Program-made: the position numbers and the translations under genes
Shown here: positions 42,601 through 44,664 of the stretch, piece by piece
How the letters are laid out: every line of letters begins with the position of its first letter
Position numbering within the stretch: position 1 is the stretch's first letter
The notes under the pieces: model-generated
Told to the model about the DNA's origin: nothing
Databases searched by the model: none
Seen by the model: only the letters and a program-made list of their open reading frames with translations
Origin: an uncultured Halobacteriales archaeon
GTDB taxonomy: Archaea; Halobacteriota; Halobacteria; Halobacteriales; CAZPIG01
Reading direction: 5' to 3'
Assembly: GCA_964586205.1 (NCBI GenBank)
Contig: CAZPIG010000004.1
Coordinates: 1 to 44,664 of the forward strand
DNA: 44,664 nt

Positions 42601-42739
42601 ACGGTCCGGCGGGCCGGGCAGAGTATCGGACCCCGACCACCACGACCTTTTTGACCGCCGCGACCGCCCACGGAGTCGTGCCCGACCCAACCCTACCACC
42701 GGACCGCGACCGTCCCGTCCCACCGTCGAAGGAGGCCGC

Positions 42740-44188
42740 GTGACCGTGGACCTCGCCGTCACCGACACGTGGCTCGTCACGATGCGGGGCGACGGCCCCG
42801 ACGGCGTCGAGGATGGCCCCGGCGTCGTCGAGGACGGGGCCGTCGGTATCGTCGACGGCGAAATCACCTACGTCGGCTCCGCCAACGGCTTCGACGCGAG
42901 CGCCGCCGACCGCGTGATAGACGGCAGCGGCCGGGTGACGCTGCCGGGGCTCGTGGACGCCCACGCCCACACCGGCCTGACGCTGCTGCGCGGCACGGCC
43001 CAGGACGTCCCCGAGATAGAGTGGATGAACCGCGCGCTCGGGCCGCTCGCCGACCGCGTCACGAGCGAGGACCGAATCGCCGGCGCGCGCCTCGGCGTCG
43101 TCGAGGCGCTCCGGTCGGGCGTCACCACCGTCGGCGAGTACGCTCGCGATGTAGGGGACCTCGTGGAGTCGGTGTACGAGCCACTCGGAGTCCGCGTCGC
43201 GCCAGCCGAGACCATCAACGCCGTCGTTGACCGCCGCGAGGACGCGGGCCCCCGCGAACCCTACGTCTTCGACGCCGAGAAGGGCGAGCGGGGACTGGGG
43301 CGGGCCGACGCCCTCCTCGACCGCTACGGCGACGCCGACCGCGTCCACCCGATGTACGGGCCCCAGGCGCTCGACATGGTGCCACTCGACCTCCTGGAGC
43401 GGATCGACGACCGCGCCCGCGAGCGCGACGCCACGCTCCACGTCCACGTCGCGCAGGGCCGCCGCGAGCGCCTCCAGATAGAGGGCCGCTTCGGGGCCGA
43501 CGCCTCGACGGTGTCGGTGCTCGACGACCACGACCTCCTCGGGCCGCGCCTGCTGGCGGCCCACTGCCACGGCGCGACGCCCGCGGAGCGCGAGCGCCTC
43601 GCCGACAGTGGAGCCCGGTTCGTCGGCTGTCCCTCCTCCATCGCGGCCATCGACGGCGTCGTCCCGCCCGTCGCGGAGTTCCGGGGCTACGGCGCGCCCG
43701 TCGGAATCGGTACGGACCAGGCACCCGGGCCGGGCGGCCACGACATGCCGCGGGAGGTGCGGACCGCCGCGATGCTCGCGAAGGCCGACGCCGGCGACCC
43801 CACCGCCCTCCCGGCGTGGGCCGCGCTCGCTACCGCCACCCGCGGCGGCGCGGCCGCGCTGGACCTGCCCGTCGGCCGTCTCGCGGAAGGTGCGCCGGCG
43901 GACCTCGCGGTCGTGGACGTGACGGACCCCGGCGTCGCACCCGTGGTTCCGGGCCCGCCGCGGACGCTGGTCCCGAACCTCGTCTACGCGGGGACGCGCG
44001 CGACGGTGGAGACGGTGGTCGTGGACGGCGAGGTGCTCGTGGACGAGGGGGAGGTGCTCGGTGTCGACACGGACGCGGTGGTCGCGGAGGCGAACGAGCG
44101 GGCGGAGCGGATCGTGGCTGAAGCGGAGGCCGACTGGCGCGCGGCGGGGTCGAAGCTAGTGACGGATTCGGACGACGGGCTGTTGTGA
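42740..44188 (+). CDS. amidohydrolase family protein (MTA/SAH or nucleoside deaminase / chlorohydrolase-like)
   Basis: ..VTLPGLVDAHAHTGLTLLRG.. (HxH metal motif), ..LHVHVAQ.., ..VGIGTDQ... GTG start at 42740. Confidence 0.85.
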   Translation: MTVDLAVTDTWLVTMRGDGPDGVEDGPGVVEDGAVGIVDGEITYVGSANGFDASAADRVIDGSGRVTLPGLVDAHAHTGLTLLRGTAQDVPEIEWMNRALGPLADRVTSEDRIAGARLGVVEALRSGVTTVGEYARDVGDLVESVYEPLGVRVAPAETINAVVDRREDAGPREPYVFDAEKGERGLGRADALLDRYGDADRVHPMYGPQALDMVPLDLLERIDDRARERDATLHVHVAQGRRERLQIEGRFGADASTVSVLDDHDLLGPRLLAAHCHGATPAERERLADSGARFVGCPSSIAAIDGVVPPVAEFRGYGAPVGIGTDQAPGPGGHDMPREVRTAAMLAKADAGDPTALPAWAALATATRGGAAALDLPVGRLAEGAPADLAVVDVTDPGVAPVVPGPPRTLVPNLVYAGTRATVETVVVDGEVLVDEGEVLGVDTDAVVAEANERAERIVAEAEADWRAAGSKLVTDSDDGLL

Positions 44189-44194
44189 GGTCGG

Positions 44195-44440
44195 TTCGGC
44201 TACTCCCGCTATCCACCGTCGGGCGGGACTGAAAGGGGCCGGTCGCTCGACCCTCCCCCGACGAAGTAAGCACCGCAGAGAGCGAGCGTAGCGAGCGAAC
44301 GAGGAGCGCAGCGAGCGCGTGGCGCGAACGGAGTGAGCGCCACGATACGCGCGAGCGGCCGGAGGCCGCGAGCGTCGCGGGTGGTCGAGCGACCGGGGGC
44401 TTTCTGGGACGATGTAGCCGGTTCGTCGTGCGCGCAGGAT
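44195..44440. repeat. MITE-like repeat, copy E (reverse orientation relative to A-D)
   Basis: GTCGGGCGGGACTGAAAGGGGCC..GCTCGACC...GTAAGCACCGCAG..(AGCGAGCG)n..GGCGCGAACGGAGTGAGCGCC..GGTCGAGCGACCGGGGGCTTTCTGG. This is the reverse complement of the inner part of copy A. Confidence 0.65.
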
Positions 44441-44479
44441 CCTCGACGGTGGGTTTTTTCTAACAGCCGCGACCTTCGA

Positions 44480-44664
44480 CTACACGCTCCCCGCGTCCGC
44501 CAACTCCGCCACTTCCCCCAACAGCGCCTCGTCGTACAGCTCCCTCGCTTGCTCCGGCACCCGCGTCTCCATCGCAGCGACCATCCGGACGACGTTCCGG
44601 AAGGTCCGCGCCGTCGCCTCGTCGACCATCCGGCCGTCCACCGTCACCGCGCCGGTGCCCTCCG
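44480..44664 (-). CDS. 3' end of an unidentified gene running off the window
   Basis: My manual reverse translation gives ..GAVTVDGRMVDEATARTFRNVVRMVAAMETRVPEQARELYDEALLGEVAELADAGSV-stop (TAG at 44480-44482). High GC3, acidic. Product not recognised. Confidence 0.4.
   Translation of the reverse strand, partial: EGTGAVTVDGRMVDEATARTFRNVVRMVAAMETRVPEQARELYDEALLGEVAELADAGSV

Overview
This is a high-GC archaeal chromosomal segment, about 70% G+C on the lines I sampled by eye. It looks like class Halobacteria: acidic proteins, many Tat/lipobox signals, a halocyanin, and an rpl7ae-rps28e-rpl24e-ndk cluster.

Core content, in order:
- CBS-domain protein
- LivJ-like binding protein convergent with a livH-livM-livG-livF permease/ATPase operon
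- pgk, a GNAT acetyltransferase, tRNA-Thr(UGU)
- BtrH_N-like protein, MTH1187-like protein
- rpl7ae-rps28e-rpl24e-ndk
- penicillin-acylase-family protein, HdeD, AI-2E and EamA transporters
- asd, monothiol glutaredoxin, NUDIX hydrolase, PQQ-propeller lipoprotein
- 2Fe-2S ferredoxin, CNNM/CBS protein, geranylgeranyl reductase, halocyanin
- ATP-grasp protein, amidohydrolase

Five short lower-GC islets sit in this backbone. None carries a recognisable integrase or transposase.
1. A wHTH plus PemK/MazF-like pair next to the tRNA.
2. A single-gene OLD-family ATPase-Toprim nuclease.
3. A wHTH, an orphan MCM-N-terminal-like OB/zinc protein and a ThsB/TIR-like zinc-ribbon protein.
4. An OGG-fold HhH protein, a VRR-NUC nuclease and a DUF3267-like membrane zincin.
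5. A Tat-secreted 502-aa protein of unknown function.

Islets 3 and 4 are my best candidates for undescribed defence-type modules. Their domain calls rest on motif reading only and need profile or structure searches.

Other observations:
- A MITE-like palindromic repeat family has at least 6 to 8 copies. One copy has perfect 17-bp inverted termini and 9-bp flanking direct repeats.
- Related short elements have ends that copy the tRNA-Thr T-arm.
- The LivJ-like protein appears circularly permuted.
- An identical 17-nt promoter-proximal motif lies at identical spacing upstream of the ferredoxin and the geranylgeranyl reductase.
- Several tandem or direct repeats lie in promoter regions.

No CRISPR array and no rRNA were seen.
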